DNA of 61,944 nt, the filler included, from Circinaria calcarea (Eukaryota): NCBI GenBank assembly GCA_051942165.1. It is 3 parts of 3 records of this genome, joined end to end, with 100 filler letters (N's around TTAATTAATTAA, not from the genome) between each part and the next. Parts side by side here need not be neighbours in the genome. Positions count along the whole stretch, not along the records: positions 20,690 to 41,268 come from JAVECS010000171.1; positions 41,369 to 61,944 come from JAVECS010000172.1; 1 more part is not named here. One strand, written 5' to 3'. The translations under genes and the position numbers were made by a program. Positions within the stretch are counted from its first letter, which is position 1, and every line of letters begins with the position of its first letter. Shown here piece after piece: positions 37,549 to 50,071 of the stretch. The notes under the pieces were generated by a model. It saw only the letters and a program-made list of their open reading frames with translations, was not told the origin of the DNA and did not search any database.

Positions 37549-38359
37549 TCATCCCAACACCTTCATCTTCTTTTTCTTCTTCCCCGCCTCCTTGCCAGCC
37601 ACGGGTCCTTTCCCCCCCTGGAAGTCCCTCCAACTACCGATCCGAGTTTCCCTCGTCTCCTCCCATGCGACCTCGTGCTCCCTCCTCCGCTTCCTCGTCT
37701 CCACCTCCTCGTCCACCTTCCTCTGTTCCCTGCCCTCCTCCTGCATCTGGGCCTTCAACTGCTTCCTCCTCCGGTGCTCATTATCCACCAGCACCTCTAC
37801 CGTCTTCTTCCTCCATGCCTCCTTCAACTCGGTAGTCATATTCCGTATCTCTTCCGAGTCGACGGTGAGTTTGCGCTCGCGCATCAGGAGCATGCGGGCG
37901 TCCGCGATGCATTCGTCGAGACGCTGGCGGGACTTTTCGTCCATGAGTTCCGTTTGGGCTTTTTTGAGACGGTCGAAGGCGTCCGGGGCGGAGGGGTTGG
38001 AGGTTTTGTCCGGGTGGATCAGGAGAGACTTTTTGCGGTATTGGATTTTGATATCAGATTCGGGGACCCCGGGTTGGAGGTCGAGCACGGCATAGCTGCA
38101 GGCAGAGCTGGGTCAGTGTATCGAACTTGGGGAGGGTGGACGGAAGGAATTCTTTACGCATCGAGCTTGAAGGCTTTGAGTATTCGATCGATCTCCGCAT
38201 CCTATTGGAGATGTCAATACAAATCCAATGCAATAATTGAAAGGGTAATCCGACTTTATTGAACTCTGTGGCCTCCTTTTCCAGCGCATCTAAAGCGGCA
38301 AGCTCGTCCTTCTCATTATTCTGCTCTCCCTTCACTTCAACTTCCTCTTTGACGGTCAT
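37549..38359 (-). CDS. SPF31: J-domain protein, Spf31/DNAJC8 family; exons 38359-38255, 38201-38158, 38095-37549
   Basis: DAEIDRILKAFKLDAYAVLDL...YRKKSLLIHPDK; WEETRETRIGSWRDF. Confidence 0.9.
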
Positions 38360-38589
38360 TTTGGTCGTAGAACAATACGCAATCTACGAACAGACGTTGT
38401 CGACGGTTAAAGATCGACAAAGCATTGCATTAGTGAATCTCGGGAGGCGTCACGACCCCGGCAGTTGTGATCAATCGGCATGTTATCGATAAAGGCATGT
38501 AATTTAGGGCTTAGCGTTCGAAAGTAATGGAAAGAAATTCCTAAAAGTCCGAAACTCGAGGTAGACGTCCCCCCGCAGATCCAAAGCAG

Positions 38590-40920
38590 ATGGCACCGCC
38601 TTCTCATGGTCGTAGGAGAGCTTTGGGTGCAAAGCCAGATCACAAGTCTCTGAAGAGGAAAAGGGACGTGGAGGATCTGACAGTTTTAGTAAAAAGGGTC
38701 AAGGAGCTCAATCCAAAAGAGAAGGAAATCAAGGAATTTACCGACCTACCGCTCTCGCAACCAACTTCCTCCGGTCTGGAGGCTTCTCACTTTAAGTCAC
38801 TTACAGATATACAGCAGAAAGCTGTTCCCCTGGCACTGCAAGGCGCAGATATTCTAGGTGCAGCCAAGACAGGCAGTGGCAAGACGCTTGCCTTCATTGT
38901 TCCCGTCCTTGAGAACCTCTACCGCAAGAGATGGACCGAATTCGATGGATTGGGCGCTCTGATTCTCTCGCCTACAAGGGAACTTGCTATACAGATCTTC
39001 GAGGTCTTGCGGAAAGTCGGACGCTATCATACCTTCTCTGCAGGCGTGGTGATTGGGGGTAAGAGTCTACAGGAAGAGAGGGATAAGTTGGGCCGGATGA
39101 ACATATTGGTCTGTACGCCGGGGAGAATGCTACAGCATATGGATCAGACAGCTGCATTCGAAATCAACAATTTACAGATGCTAGTCCTGGACGAGGCGGA
39201 CCGGATAATGGATATGGGTTTTCAATCGACCGTGGATGCTATTGTTGAGCACTTACCCAAGGGGAGACAAACTCTACTCTTTAGTGCTACACAGACGAAG
39301 AAGGTTTCCGATCTAGCACGACTAAGCCTTAGGAATCCTGAGTATGTCTCGGTTCACGAGGCAGCTATCAGTGCTACGCCTTCGACCCTACAGCAATATT
39401 ACATTGTTACACCACTTCCAGAGAAGCTGGACACGTTATGGAGCTTCATCCGTGCAAATCTCAAATCGAAGATTCTGGTATTTTTGTCATCATGTAAGCA
39501 AGTGCGGTTCGTCTACGAAAGCTTTAGACATTTACAACCAGGTATACCTTTGATGCAGCTGCATGGAAAGCAAAAGCAGACCAGAAGGCTAGACATCACT
39601 ACAAAGTTCTCTGCAACGAAGCACTCATGTCTTTTTGCTACGGATGTGGCCGCGCGCGGACTGGACTTTTCTGCAGTTGATTGGGTTATCCAGCTGGACT
39701 GCCCAGAAGATGCAGGCACATATATCCATCGTGTAGGGCGGACGGCGCGATACGAGCGAGCAGGAAAAGCTGTGCTGTTCCTTGAACCTAGTGAGGAAGA
39801 AGGCATGCTAAAAAGATTGGAGCAGAAGAAGGTGCCGATCGAGAAGATCAATGTAAGGCAAAACAAACAACAAAGTATCAAGAACCAGCTTCAACACATG
39901 TGCTTCAAGGATCCGGCGCTAAAGTATCTCGGAAAGAAAGCCTTTGATTCGTACGTGAAATCGATTCATATCCAAAAAGACAAGGAGATTTTCAAAATCG
40001 GCGAGTTGCCACTGGAAGGCTTTTACGTAAGCTTGGGTTTACCACCCGGAGCGCCCAGGATCAAGTTTCGCAAAGGCGATAATGCTAAAGAGTTGAAGAA
40101 CGCTCCAAGGCATTTGCTTTCTTCTTCCGATGAAGAAGATGCGCCGGCAACTGGCAAGTCCAAGGTGAAGAAGAAGGTGGCCGTGAGGACGAAAGACGAT
40201 CGGATGTTTGAGCGGAGAAACCAGGACGTGCTTGCAGATCATTACACCAACCTGGTTGATCAGGATCCCACGGCGGGTAGAAACGGGAATGCGGGTGATG
40301 GAGAGGATTTCTTGAGAGTGAAACGTCGTCTGAGCGAAGCGTCGGATGTTGGCGACCTCTCGGGGAATTCCGCTACGGCCGTGCCAGCGGTAAGCAAAGA
40401 CGCTCTACCCATCCCCTCCAAGCGCCGGGAAGCGAAAAAAGCCATGAAGGGCAAGGGCACGAAGCTTGTTTACGACGACGACGGCAATGCGCACCAAGTA
40501 TACGAGCTCCAGGATGAAGGACAGTTCCAGAAACAAGGCAGCGCGGATCAGCAACGGGCCCGGTTCCTCCACGAGGAGCGAATGAGAGTCGAAGCCGCCG
40601 ATTTACTGGACAAGCAGATGGCCAAGGACAAGAAGAGGGAGCGCAAGGCAAAGAGGAAGGCAAGGGAGGCATTGGAGGATGGAGTTGAGGAGGGAGGAAG
40701 GCAAGCAGTTCTGGTACCTTGCGACGATGGCGAAGACGGGGACGCGATGGACGAGGTGAATCATGAACCGGTTGTGAAGAGGCCGAAGAAATGGTTCGAA
40801 GACGACTCAGATGGCGACGAGCAGGGAGGATCGCGAACAGGTCGCAACCACAATAGCCATGTGGAAGAGCCAGAAACCCTCGAAGATCTCGAGGCTCTGG
40901 CGTCTGGGCTTCTGAGATGA
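38590..40920 (+). CDS. DBP4: DEAD-box RNA helicase Dbp4 (DDX10), single exon
   Basis: [33 protein letters not shown], and the Dbp4-type [12 protein letters not shown]. Confidence 0.97.
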   Translation: MAPPSHGRRRALGAKPDHKSLKRKRDVEDLTVLVKRVKELNPKEKEIKEFTDLPLSQPTSSGLEASHFKSLTDIQQKAVPLALQGADILGAAKTGSGKTLAFIVPVLENLYRKRWTEFDGLGALILSPTRELAIQIFEVLRKVGRYHTFSAGVVIGGKSLQEERDKLGRMNILVCTPGRMLQHMDQTAAFEINNLQMLVLDEADRIMDMGFQSTVDAIVEHLPKGRQTLLFSATQTKKVSDLARLSLRNPEYVSVHEAAISATPSTLQQYYIVTPLPEKLDTLWSFIRANLKSKILVFLSSCKQVRFVYESFRHLQPGIPLMQLHGKQKQTRRLDITTKFSATKHSCLFATDVAARGLDFSAVDWVIQLDCPEDAGTYIHRVGRTARYERAGKAVLFLEPSEEEGMLKRLEQKKVPIEKINVRQNKQQSIKNQLQHMCFKDPALKYLGKKAFDSYVKSIHIQKDKEIFKIGELPLEGFYVSLGLPPGAPRIKFRKGDNAKELKNAPRHLLSSSDEEDAPATGKSKVKKKVAVRTKDDRMFERRNQDVLADHYTNLVDQDPTAGRNGNAGDGEDFLRVKRRLSEASDVGDLSGNSATAVPAVSKDALPIPSKRREAKKAMKGKGTKLVYDDDGNAHQVYELQDEGQFQKQGSADQQRARFLHEERMRVEAADLLDKQMAKDKKRERKAKRKAREALEDGVEEGGRQAVLVPCDDGEDGDAMDEVNHEPVVKRPKKWFEDDSDGDEQGGSRTGRNHNSHVEEPETLEDLEALASGLLR

Positions 40921-41268
40921 TTTTGGGGGGGGGGAGGAATTTCGCCGGCTCATTTTTATATTCTCCCATGGAGCTTCTTATTCACCCTACTTAGTGACCA
41001 CCCCATTCCGCAAAAGAAAAATACCCAACAGTCCCACACAACTTGCCCCCCCAGACCATATTTTTGCTACTATAAGAGTAGGGGTATTCACTTCACTTCT
41101 TGTCTTTTTGGAAACGAAGACCGACGGGCACCCGCAACTGCCACGAAAAAAACCTCCTCTACCGTATCGCCCCCTCTCTTCGGTTGCACTCGAGTTCTCG
41201 AGTTCTCGAGTTCTTTTCCAACTCGAATCACCTCCCCCTTCACCCTTACTTCCCTCCTCCCACCACCC

Positions 41269-41368
41269 NNNNNNNNNNNNNNNNNNNNNNNNNNNNNNNN
41301 NNNNNNNNNNNNTTAATTAATTAANNNNNNNNNNNNNNNNNNNNNNNNNNNNNNNNNNNNNNNNNNNN
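41269..41368. other. Artificial contig-joining linker
   Basis: 44 N + TTAATTAATTAA + 44 N. Confidence 0.97.
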
Positions 41369-42652
41369 GCCAGTACTATTGAAGCTGGAATGAGGAAGAG
41401 AAATTTGATAAAACAAGTGTACTGCTAAGTTAAATATGTTTGTTTCGGCACCTACCTACCAAGACCTCAGACCCTTTTCAATATCCCAGTTACTAAGCAT
41501 ATGCCACCAGCTGAAAGATGTCAATTTGTGCGTTGGGTGGTTAAAGCATGGAAAGAAAACCAGAAAGCTCGTATACAGCGGCATAGCCAGAGGAAGCTTT
41601 TTTCCGAACAACGACAGGCCAAGAGAAGCAGTGAAACGTTTGAAATCGCAGCAAGAACTCCACACAATGGGATGAATGATATACCTCTTCGAGATATAGC
41701 CAAGAAAAAGACTGATAATCATAATTCGTGTGGGGATTGATCGTGTCCATAAGCTTAAGCTGGACTGGATATTGATGGCGTTGGGCTGGCGAGACGGGCA
41801 AAAAGCTTGAAGAGTACGAGGGATTCGGATTTCAAGGCCGACCGGGAAATCGAAGAGAGCAGCCAGCCTTCCGGAGCAAAATTGGATCAGGTAAAGTAGC
41901 AAATTCTGGTCATTATAGCAATCGATCCGAAACCATGCAATAAGGAGCTAATACGTAAGCTCGACTACATTGAAAGTTTCAATAGCAATACCTCCACCCT
42001 ATGCCCTCTGGGTGTCACTCTCATCCCCCTATTCACCCCGGGCGGCCTGGATTTGACATCCTACCCCAGAGGGCCCCGGGTAGGGGCTAGGTGAGGCCTC
42101 TTGAACCGTTAATCTGAGACACCAGAACTATCTAAACATATTATCTTTCCGTCCACTCACCACGTTGTCTCTTTATACTTTTAATTGGAACTCCAAAAGA
42201 TTGTCAAGTCTCAGCAAGTACGCTTGGACCGCGTATGTTCAGCACCGCTGCTCGGGCTCTTATTCAATGCACACGCAATAACGCCGACAAGCAACCAGAG
42301 ATTTTGGGAGAATTAGTCGGTAAGATGACGCATTGAAAAGTTATGTCTGCTGATGATAGCTCAGCTCATATGAGGCATCAAATCTAGAAATCAAGTCCGG
42401 ATGATGGGCTATCGGAGGGGAACGTTTGCGCGAGCTTGAAAGGACATGGACGATAAAATTCCAAGAAGGGGCTCGGAGGGGTTGTCTTCACGACATAATC
42501 CAGTCGGTTGAAATGCCCAACCTTGGGGCAGATGAACTCGGGAGATATATAACAGCGGGGTCGTTTCGGAGAAGGCTCCTAAATTGGCTTCACCTATGAT
42601 GATGTACTGGGGAGATTCCAACTGCGACGTATTATAACCACAGGCCTGGGGA

Positions 42653-43126
42653 TGTACAGAGACGAGATATTAATAGATAGATATTCCTGAGCTGATAAAT
42701 ATGCATAAATCCTAGGAAAATAGATTATATTTTGGCTATACGCCTAACAGCCTTAAGGAGTGCTGATACCACCGCTTCTCTTGCGGGCACCGTGCCTTTT
42801 TCGATCTGATTGGTGAAAAGGGGATAAAAAGTTTTTGCTCGGTAGTTATCTCGCCTTCCTTTTATATCAATAGGCGCTAATTATATCTGGGCATTGTTTT
42901 TAGCCAAGGGCTCTCAGAATAAATCTTGCCCAACGCTTAATCATTCTAATGCGGCTTCAATGCTGAATATGCATGTATCCTGTATATACTACTGGCCGCC
43001 ACGTGTCAGTCCGGAAACTGAGTTGAGAGAAGAGAAAGAAAGCGGCAATGTCAAGAGGTGAGGGATTCTTCATATTGTCTATACTAAACTGCTGCCTCTA
43101 ATATACATGTTTCCCCCCCCCCCCCC
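42653..43126 (-). mobile_element. Possible retrotransposon 3' LTR remnant (42653-43107) with polypurine tract
   Basis: TGTA...TACA ends; on the minus strand G14AAA lies 2 nt before TGTA, and there is an internal TATAAAAG at ~42860; no TSD and no second copy. Confidence 0.35.
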
Positions 43127-43660
43127 TGTCAGGCTCTACGCTTAGGGGGTGGCGATACCTCGTTTAGTTGGCGTCTTGGCGTATAATGAAAACCTTTCAC
43201 TCGCATATTTCTTCTTCTATAATGATTAGTTCTCTGTAAGGGCTCTACCCGAGAACCCCTACGAACCCTACGGGTGAACTATACACCGAGGTCACGAGGT
43301 GTTGGCTTAGCGAGAAAGGTTTTCTTCGCGAAATGTTATACCAGAATTCTTTAGTAATAATTCATACGCTTATGCGAACCCATTGAGCTCATTATCACAC
43401 AGTTTACCGACCCTTATCATAAGATCATTATACTAGCCGTAAAGGATCCTTACATTCTCGCACATACTGCGTATAGCCATCGTATTGCTCGTGCCTCACA
43501 TTACCACATACCTTAGCTTTAGATACTTTTCAAGTAAAGTATTCTACGGCATTACAAAAATATCGAATGTTACTATGGTAAAAAGATATCAAGCAGAGAC
43601 GAGGGATATACTTTCATATAATATTTGGATTTTTTGTCCCCCTAAATTCGTTTCACGGTT

Positions 43661-46600
43661 TTATTTTCTCTCCTCTCGATTCGCCCTCTTTCCCACCCCT
43701 TCCATTTTCATCCCCTCCGCCGGCTTCCCTTTCGCCAGCCCCCTCTGCGGCGTCCAATACTCGTCGTTATCGTCATTATCAATATCATCATCCTCCTCCT
43801 TGTCCTCTCGTCCCCTCTTCTCCTCCTCCTCCTCCTCCCCCCACTCCTCCTCATCGTCAAACTCATCCCCTCTCTTCATCCTAGGGGCTGGGCTTCTCGG
43901 AATCCTGGGCCCTCGGGCACCCCTTACACCATCTGCCCTCAACATTCCCTCCCCCCCCGACGGTACCTCATGCGAATGAACCACGCGCTCTTGGGCTCTG
44001 CGGGCTAGATCATTTTCGCTGTGGCCGCCCCACACGGCTTTTAGATATTTGTCGAAGTCTTTGGACGCGCGGGCGACTTGTTTGAAATGGGAGTCCTTGA
44101 GGTGCGGCGTTTCGGCGACGTTGTATTTTTCTTTGACTTTGTAGGCATCGTATTCGGCAAGGGCGACGGCGGTTTGGAAGGCGTTCCGGATCTGATGGTA
44201 GCGGTCAGAGAGAGCATGAAGCGAGCTGGGTAAGGGAGACGGAGGGGAGAATTGATTTAAGGGCCCAACGTACCTGACGGCCATTCCAGACAGCTCTTTC
44301 GCGCTCGAGTTCTGCAAAGTGCGTGAGAGCGAACCTGAAAATTTCTCTCTTGTCGACTTTCATGTCCTTTTTGTTCTTGATCACATTGTTGATGTGCCAT
44401 CTCCAGATTTCCCGTGTGGCGTCTTCATCGAGGGCGGGATAGTAAAGGCTCATGTGGATACGGGATTTGAATGCTGGATCAATAGTGCCCATGCGGTTAG
44501 AAGTCAGGAAGAGAATCCCCGAGTAATATTCGAGCACGCGAAGGAAGACGCTGACGATGCTGTTCCTTTGCAGGTCAGTCTTGTTGCGTCGTTGGAGGAA
44601 GACGTCTGCCTCGTCAAGTAGGAGAACACAACCCCATTTGTGGGCGAGCTGGAAGGTGGACTTCAGCCTTGATTCCACTTCATCTGCTGTCTCACCGATG
44701 TCTCCTGTTTGTTATAGTGTCAGCAACGATACATGTACGGTTACCTTCTATATTCCACCTCGGAACGGATAGAGAACAGCCATACCACATGTAATAGGAA
44801 ACAGCGGTCGATGAGTATGAGCAGCAATACTTTCAGCTGTTGAAGTCTTTCCGACACCAGGATCTCCATGTAAAAGAACAATAAGTCCTTTACCCTTACC
44901 AGGGATCAGATCAAATTGCGTCTGTTCATCAGGCTGGTGCTCTGAGCTGGCGGTACCCCGGGAGTGATTCCGGACTAAGGCTAGCAAGCTGTCTTTATGA
45001 CCTTTCGGTAGGCACAATGCGTCAAGCCCTGCGTCCAATGGTTGAACTTCAATCACCTTGTTAATGTCAAGCATTGCCCAATTCCGATCACGCAAGACAA
45101 ATCCGATGACCGTAATAGGAAATAGCATGAGGTCTGCCTACTAATTAGAGGAAGTTAGTAGGAAATTTGGTAAATAACGTACCTTCGTCGGTTAATATAT
45201 TAGGATCCTTAAACGAAAGCATTATGTCCTCTTGCTCAGAAATTAAGTCTCGTGCATGTCCAAGATCGAGATCATGGTCTTTGTGAATATAGTCATTATC
45301 ACAGCAACCAGGAATGGTGCAAGGACCGTCGCGATGATGATTAAATTTGGTATCAACCCAGGCGGACTCCTCTTTCGTTTCTCGATTATCCCCTTCGATC
45401 GGTTTCCTTATGCTCAATGCTTTCCTCCAATCCCTATTCTGCTGTAGGCCTAAAGTAAAATCGATGATTACTTGAGAGTCCACCTACGGTAAATGTGTTA
45501 GCAGAGCCATTATTTATCGCATTATTGCGAAATAAAATAGAGTCTTCTTACTTCGTCGCCAGTCCTAATACATTGCCCTTTGTATTGCATATGTGCTACT
45601 TTCGAAAGGCTAACAAATCTCTTTCCACGCTCAATCAATTCTTCTTTCGATGGCATTGGCTTGGATGCTTGTGAGTGACCCCGACATTTCACATCATGAA
45701 ATCTATATGGAAAGACTGTAAGGTTATTTATCGGAACTTCCCCATCATACCAGTGAATCGCGAATGTCTGTTGCGTCGGTCCATAAGTGACACCATCATA
45801 ATCAAATGAGAAGCATTGGACAACGAAGTGGTTACCTTTCCGCGAAGGGGCGAGGTACTGCATATCATCATCGTCGTCCTCGTATCGAAACTCATTTTCT
45901 GGATAAGCGGGAGTGGGTCTTGGGACCCTCGTTCTGTCCCGACGAATCACGATCCGTGGTTCATCTAGATCACTGAGATACTTTCGACCCCCTGCAAAGT
46001 TCAGAACGCGGTATACTTGAGAGCAGTCTGCACTGCAACAGACTTCTTCATCATGGCTAAAAAGATGCCAAAGATCGGTAAAGGCTATCATCTTCAGGGT
46101 GCTGTCTTTGATCTGGCGACGTAGCTCAAATAAGCCTTTCAAGTCAAAGTCGAACAAACTGATCAGAAGACGCAATTCGTTTAATGCTACTTTTGAGATA
46201 GTGACGTCCTCCGCTGGAGAGCTGCTATCTCCCTCGCCTTGAACGGTAATTGGAATTACAGCTTCTCGATTTTCGTCGTTTGCCCCTAGTTGTAGTTGCA
46301 GTTCTTCGGTGTATTTTCTGATCTTTTTTTCAAATTCCATGAACAGCTTGTAAGGTCGAAGGAATACCATTGGTTGATAATCTGGCAGGGTCAGAAACTC
46401 ATCTATTTTATAAGCAGGTTCTTTTCGGTCTCTTGAGTAGATCCTACTAGGTGTTGGAATTGTGAATTTGCCTTCTGTAATCTTCTCGAGAGTCTTCAGA
46501 AGAACAGTGGAGCGAATTCGCACGCGTTCGGGCACGCGCGCCATGAGATCTGGGTCAATGGTAGAGTCTAACCGCCCGTCAGGTTCCTCTGCAGAAAATA

Positions 46601-47429
46601 CTGAAGTATGACGATTTCTCATCCGCCGTCTGGCACTCGGCTCAGAAGACTGCGCGGTGGCGACTTCGATGACATGCCATGGAATGTGTGGTGGGTCAGC
46701 GGTCAAATGTACACTGCTGTCATTACTTCTCCGATCGTCAAATGTCTTAGGCTGGGGAGGGCGAAAGTCCGCCATCGGAATTCTTGCAATTCCCAGAGCC
46801 AAGTTGAAACCACTCATTACTTCCTCGTCTCCAAGAGATGACCGACGAGACCGTGTTGGCGATACCGGTCTAGACATGTCATCACCGTCGTCGCTCTGGT
46901 ACTTCTGATGCTTCTCGATACGAGCTAAGGCTATTTCCAAAGACGCCAGGCGATCTTCGACAAGCCGCACGTACGACTGATGCTGTAACACTCTCTTCTG
47001 TCCCTTCCTCTGACGCTCCTGCAAAGGAGGAAGAGATAAACGCTGTCTGTTATGCTCGTCGACATCGCTTATAAGGTCGAGCGAGTCCTCGCTACTATTA
47101 TCATCAACTTCGGCCTTTTTATTTCCTTTTGTAGTGTTTGAGAGATCTCCACCGACTCCTGATCCTGCATTCTTGGCCTTATCTGAACTTCTCGCTAGCA
47201 GTTCTCCTTTTCCTACAATGATATGGTGTTTAGCTCCTACTTTATCAGTAACAATTAAGGAGTCCAGTGTATCGTTAGGCGCTTCTTTCGGATCTTTGAT
47301 GACATTAAACGAGTCCCCTAAATTGTCTGCTCCAGACGCCAATGTTGGCTGGTAGGTTCCATTCGAGATCCCGCCATTCATATGGGAAAGCTGGCCTGGT
47401 TGTGTGGGGCCGGGAAGCTCGCTCGACAT
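43661..47429 (-). CDS. Large fungal AAA+ ATPase (~1162 aa, DUF7025-type N-terminal region); exons 47429-45552, 45483-45183, 45133-44786, 44704-44274, 44191-43661
   Basis: GKGKGLIVLLHGDPGVGKTSTAE (Walker A), VLLLDEADVFL (Walker B), FLRVLEYYSGILFLTSNR, DPAFKSRIH, WNGRQ/IRNAFQTA; IAFTDLWHLF; four canonical introns, spliced length 3489 nt. Confidence 0.93.
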
Positions 47430-48006
47430 TTCAATCGCTTGTATCAAAGGGCTCCCTAACAATCCACTCCGTGTGTATGTCTTACCACAATGTAAATCAG
47501 TCGCAAAGAGAGAGTAGGCAACAATAAAGCTCATATACGTCAAATAGAACAAGAACAATATGTACAGCAAAGAAGCAGTCGGGGGATAAGAAATGGGGAA
47601 TCCGCGGCCCCCACGACGAAGCCTCGTCTTTTGCGCCCGCGATTGCCTGGAGCTGAGTTCTTCTAGTGGGGTGGGGCTAGTGGACCGCAACCCTGTCATG
47701 TAACCCAGCTTGTTATCCAAAAAGGTGAACGGACTCTACGAAGCGAGGGGAGGGGACCAATTACATGGGCAGAAGGCTTTGCGACAGCTCGAAGAAGCCT
47801 CCAGAGTCTCCTCTTCATCTGCAGGGTGCGGCGAGCACCCAGTCTTTGGCGCTGACACCAGATGTCTGGTCTGGAACTCCCAAAACCTGTGCATCTTTCG
47901 AACAGTTGGCACCTATTCTTGAGGCCATTGACGCAATGTAAACATTTCTGAGGTTATGGTGTAGGTCGGCCGACCACCAGCTTTTTATTACTACGGCAGA
48001 GCTGTC

Positions 48007-50071
48007 ATGACTACTTTGATGCCAATGATTGCCAGTGGAGCTCAACTATCAAACATCCCTGCCGACTTCGTTCAGAACCACCTAGACGCAAACACTCACC
48101 CCGCCTTCGGAGACCCTTCAGCCCATTTCATCATGGATCTTGGACGGTTTGGTGGAGAGGACGAGGAGAAGGCTTTGGCAGATCTAAAGCTCTGGGAAGG
48201 CGCCGATGCGGAGAAAGAGAGACTTTATCAGGCTATAGAAAAGTACGAGCGGAGTGTGAAGACAAAACACAAGATCTGCAGGTCGTTGTCAGAAATTCGA
48301 AAGGGGCAGCATACCTGGGCTGATATCTTGGCCGAAGCAAACAAGGCCACGGAGCAGCACGAGGACAAGAATATCGTGATCAAGTACATGAGGAAGCTTC
48401 GCGATCATGCTGATTCCTTCAAAGACTGGACCGATCTGCTGCCTCAGGGGGATTATTCAGGTGTCATTAGGCAAGTCGACAGCTAATCAAGCGTGTAGCT
48501 CCGGCTAATTGGACTAGTCTCGGGTTTAAGATGGCTTTGACGGCTGCTGCAAGAATGAGCGATGTACATAACATTCTCTTCGAAGTCCTGGGCAGTATAC
48601 CAGAGTACATAAGCAATGCCGAGCGTTACAAAAGGATTTACAAATCGACGCGGAATGTCAAGCTCGTCAAGAAGACAGCATCACTGTACACCACAATTGT
48701 CGTGGCATTGGCGGAGGGTTTTGCATACCTGAGAGAGCGTTCCACTATCGCTCCTGTTAAAGCGTTCTTCATGGGCCAGAGATACCAGAAGAACTTGGAA
48801 GAAACCCTCAAAGCCGTTCGAGCCGCTACAGAAGCCGTCAGAGCTGAAGCAGAACTTTGCCTTCATGAAGTCAGTGCTGAAGGACTGGGGAGAACAATCG
48901 CCAATGAGGACCAAAGTAGGTACGGCAAATGCCCACGGCTATCTCCGGGAAGGCTGATTAGATATTTGTAGGGCGTCAAGACTGTACCGAAGCGCTGATA
49001 GAGAACAGAGAGTCCGACCAGAAGATCTATCAGAAGGTTGAGAGTGTAGACGAGAAGGTGAGCTATTTGACCAGTGCTCTAAATGCAGTATACCGGCAAC
49101 TTCGCAGTAGCCAACTTCTAAATCCAGTATCCAATTTACCAAATCGATTGTATGCTGAGCAAGCCGACACATCGCGGTCTGCTAGTCCTATGGCAATCGC
49201 CAGACATGCAAGCATATCTGTCAAGCAGATTGTCAGGAGTCTAGGCTTCCGCAAAGACGGGCCCTACCGCGACTTGCTAGATCGACTCCAGCTTGGCCAT
49301 TCAATGCCCTTGAATCAACAATCCAGAGCCGTCGACCTGATCAATTCCGAGGAACTGAAGAATTGGCTCAAGGTCACGTCTTCCGATGCGCTTTTGATTC
49401 ATGGTGGTTCTACCGATGATGATACCGAGGAGCCCCTCTCGTTCATTTCATCTAAGATTATCACTACCTCACAAGACCTGGAGCCAATCATAACCATCCA
49501 CTACTTCTGCGGCTTACATCGAGACATGAGAACCGAAAGCGAAACCGGGGGCGACGCTCAGGCCATGATGAATAGCCTGCTTGGTCAACTTCTGACGCAG
49601 GAGAGATACGATTTTGACCTTGCAAATGTTACACGGCACGATCTGGCTTTGCTTGAGGTCGATGACATGAAGACGCTTTGCGTCATGTTTGGAAAGCTCG
49701 TCAAACAGCTGCCTCCAGCGTCTGCATTATTCTGCATCATCGACGGCGTTTCAGCTTTCGAAGACTCCTTGCGGAGTAACGACACTGTCAAGGCATTGCG
49801 TCATCTGGTACGCTTGGCTCGCAGTTCGAACAATGTGTCTTTCAAGTTGTTACTCACATGCGCCGGTGAAAGCCAAAACAGGCGAAGATACGAGATATCG
49901 GAGGGGCAGGAATTGATAATGGAAGAAGAACTCGTCGATGACGAAGGACATGGTTATAACGACGATCTCTTTGACGAAGATATGGCTACTTCAGTCTTGA
50001 ACGAGAGTGAGGAGTACCACGGAGCCAGGACACCGAGGCTACCCCTGGCCGACTACCCAGACGACTTTTAA
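48007..50071 (+). CDS. STAND/NACHT-like protein (~653 aa): helical Goodbye-like N-terminus plus degenerate P-loop domain, no repeat domain; exons 48007-48470, 48518-48915, 48972-50071
   Basis: WTDLLPQGDYSGVISLGFKMALTAAARM; LKNWLK..SDALLIHG, IHYFCGLH, MMNSLLGQLL, LFCIIDGVSAFE, FKLLLT in NACHT order; GC-AG intron 48471-48517 and GT-AG intron 48916-48971 restore one frame (1962 nt). Confidence 0.8.

Noticed and set aside
37483..38262. 259-aa L/P-rich plus-strand ORF
   Set aside because: Antisense shadow of the charged SPF31 coding sequence; the same applies to shadows over DBP4, the AAA tail and POL5.
41436..41950. ORF fragments checked as a possible S8 protease third partner of the AAA/STAND pair
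   Set aside because: No subtilisin DTG/HGT/GTS motifs seen; unassignable fragments.
47430..47720. 97-codon N-terminal extension of the AAA ORF with a hydrophobic stretch
   Set aside because: Starts at a non-ATG codon and looks like promoter/UTR sequence; MSSELPG at 47429 is preferred, though an upstream in-frame ATG cannot be excluded.
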